This document shows, one piece after another, positions 63,140-64,000 of a stretch of DNA of 64,000 nucleotides. The DNA comes from Chiloscyllium plagiosum (taxonomy: Eukaryota), in assembly GCF_004010195.1 (NCBI RefSeq), contig NC_057718.1, positions 30,160,128 to 30,224,127 on the forward strand, written 5' to 3'. The first letter of the stretch is position 1, and every line of letters begins with the position of its first letter. The position numbers were made by a program, and so were the translations under genes. Below the pieces are notes generated by a model, which worked only from the letters and a program-made list of their open reading frames with translations, did no database searches and was not told the DNA's origin.

Positions 63140-64000
63140 CAGGTAAATGGGTTACCTCTACAAAAGATAGGAGGGGTAGGCAGATACTGCAGGAGTCTTC
63201 TATGGCTATCCTCAACTCAAACAAATATGCTGTTTTGGAAAATATAGGGAGTGATGGACTATCAGCGGATTATAGCATCAACAGCTAAGTTTCTGTTGGC
63301 TCTACTGTAACAAGGGGATGTCAGGTTCCAAGAGATCAATTGTAATAGGGGACTCTTCAATCAGAGGGACAGACAGATGTATCTGCGGCTGACAATGAGA
63401 CATCAGAATGGTGCCAGGATCAAGGATATCTCAGAGAGGGTGTGGAATATTCTCAAAGGGGAGAGGGATCAGCAGGAGGTCATTATCCAAATTGGAACTA
63501 ATGACAGAGGAAGAGTAAAGGATGAGATTCTGAGGAGAGAAAATAGCAAGTTAGGCAGGAACTTAAGAAGTAGGTTCTCGAGGGTAGTAATATCTGGAAT
63601 ACTTTCGGTGTCATGAGCTAGTGAGGTTAGGAATAGGAGGATAGAGCTGATGAATGCTTGGCTGAGGTGCTGGTGCAGGGGAGAAGGATTCACATTTTGG
63701 ATCATTGGAATCTGTTCGGAGGTAGAAGCAACCTGTACAAGAAGGATGGATTGTACCTGAAGTGAATTGGGAAATTTGCAAAAGCTGCTCTGTAAGATTT
63801 AAACTAGTAAGAGGCAGGGTGATGCAACCCAGGACATAGTGAGTTAAAAGATCAGTCTGAGACTGGTGCAGTTGAGAAAAGGAAAAAGCAACCAGTTAGG
63901 GCAGGCAGGAAAAATAAAGAGAATGTAGGGCTGATAAACTAAACTGCATTTATTTCAATGTGAGAGGTCTGACAGGTAAGGCAGAAGAAGTCAGTGCATG
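63140..64000 (+). mobile_element. CR1 LINE ORF1 (SGNH esterase) remnant and start of ORF2
   Basis: IVIGDS, GARIKDISERV..IQIGTND..RVVISG and YKKDGLYL; LNCIYFNVRGL near the window end. Confidence 0.85.

Overview
Repeat-dense vertebrate genomic DNA, most likely from a cartilaginous fish (shark), inferred from HE1/V-SINE-like SINEs, CR1 LINEs sharing their tails and abundant Penelope-like elements. The only host-gene coding sequence I can support is two intact paralogous terminal exons of a GH13/SLC3-family protein (4F2hc/rBAT/maltase-like) at 5885-6220 and 51858-52196 (+). Each has a splice acceptor, stop codon, polyA signals and a homologous 3' flank, and I found no upstream exons in the 46 kb between them. 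The rest is mostly transposable elements: a nested Gypsy > Gmr1-like Gypsy > L1/Penelope/MITE stack (about 9.5-26.8 kb), a second Gmr1-like element (45.1-50.7 kb), many CR1 copies, V-SINEs, Tc1/pogo-type MITEs and many short Penelope-derived insertions. Several of the latter carry minimal hammerhead-ribozyme motifs, and some are long TSD-flanked palindromes. All calls are by eye, and boundaries of old repeats are approximate.
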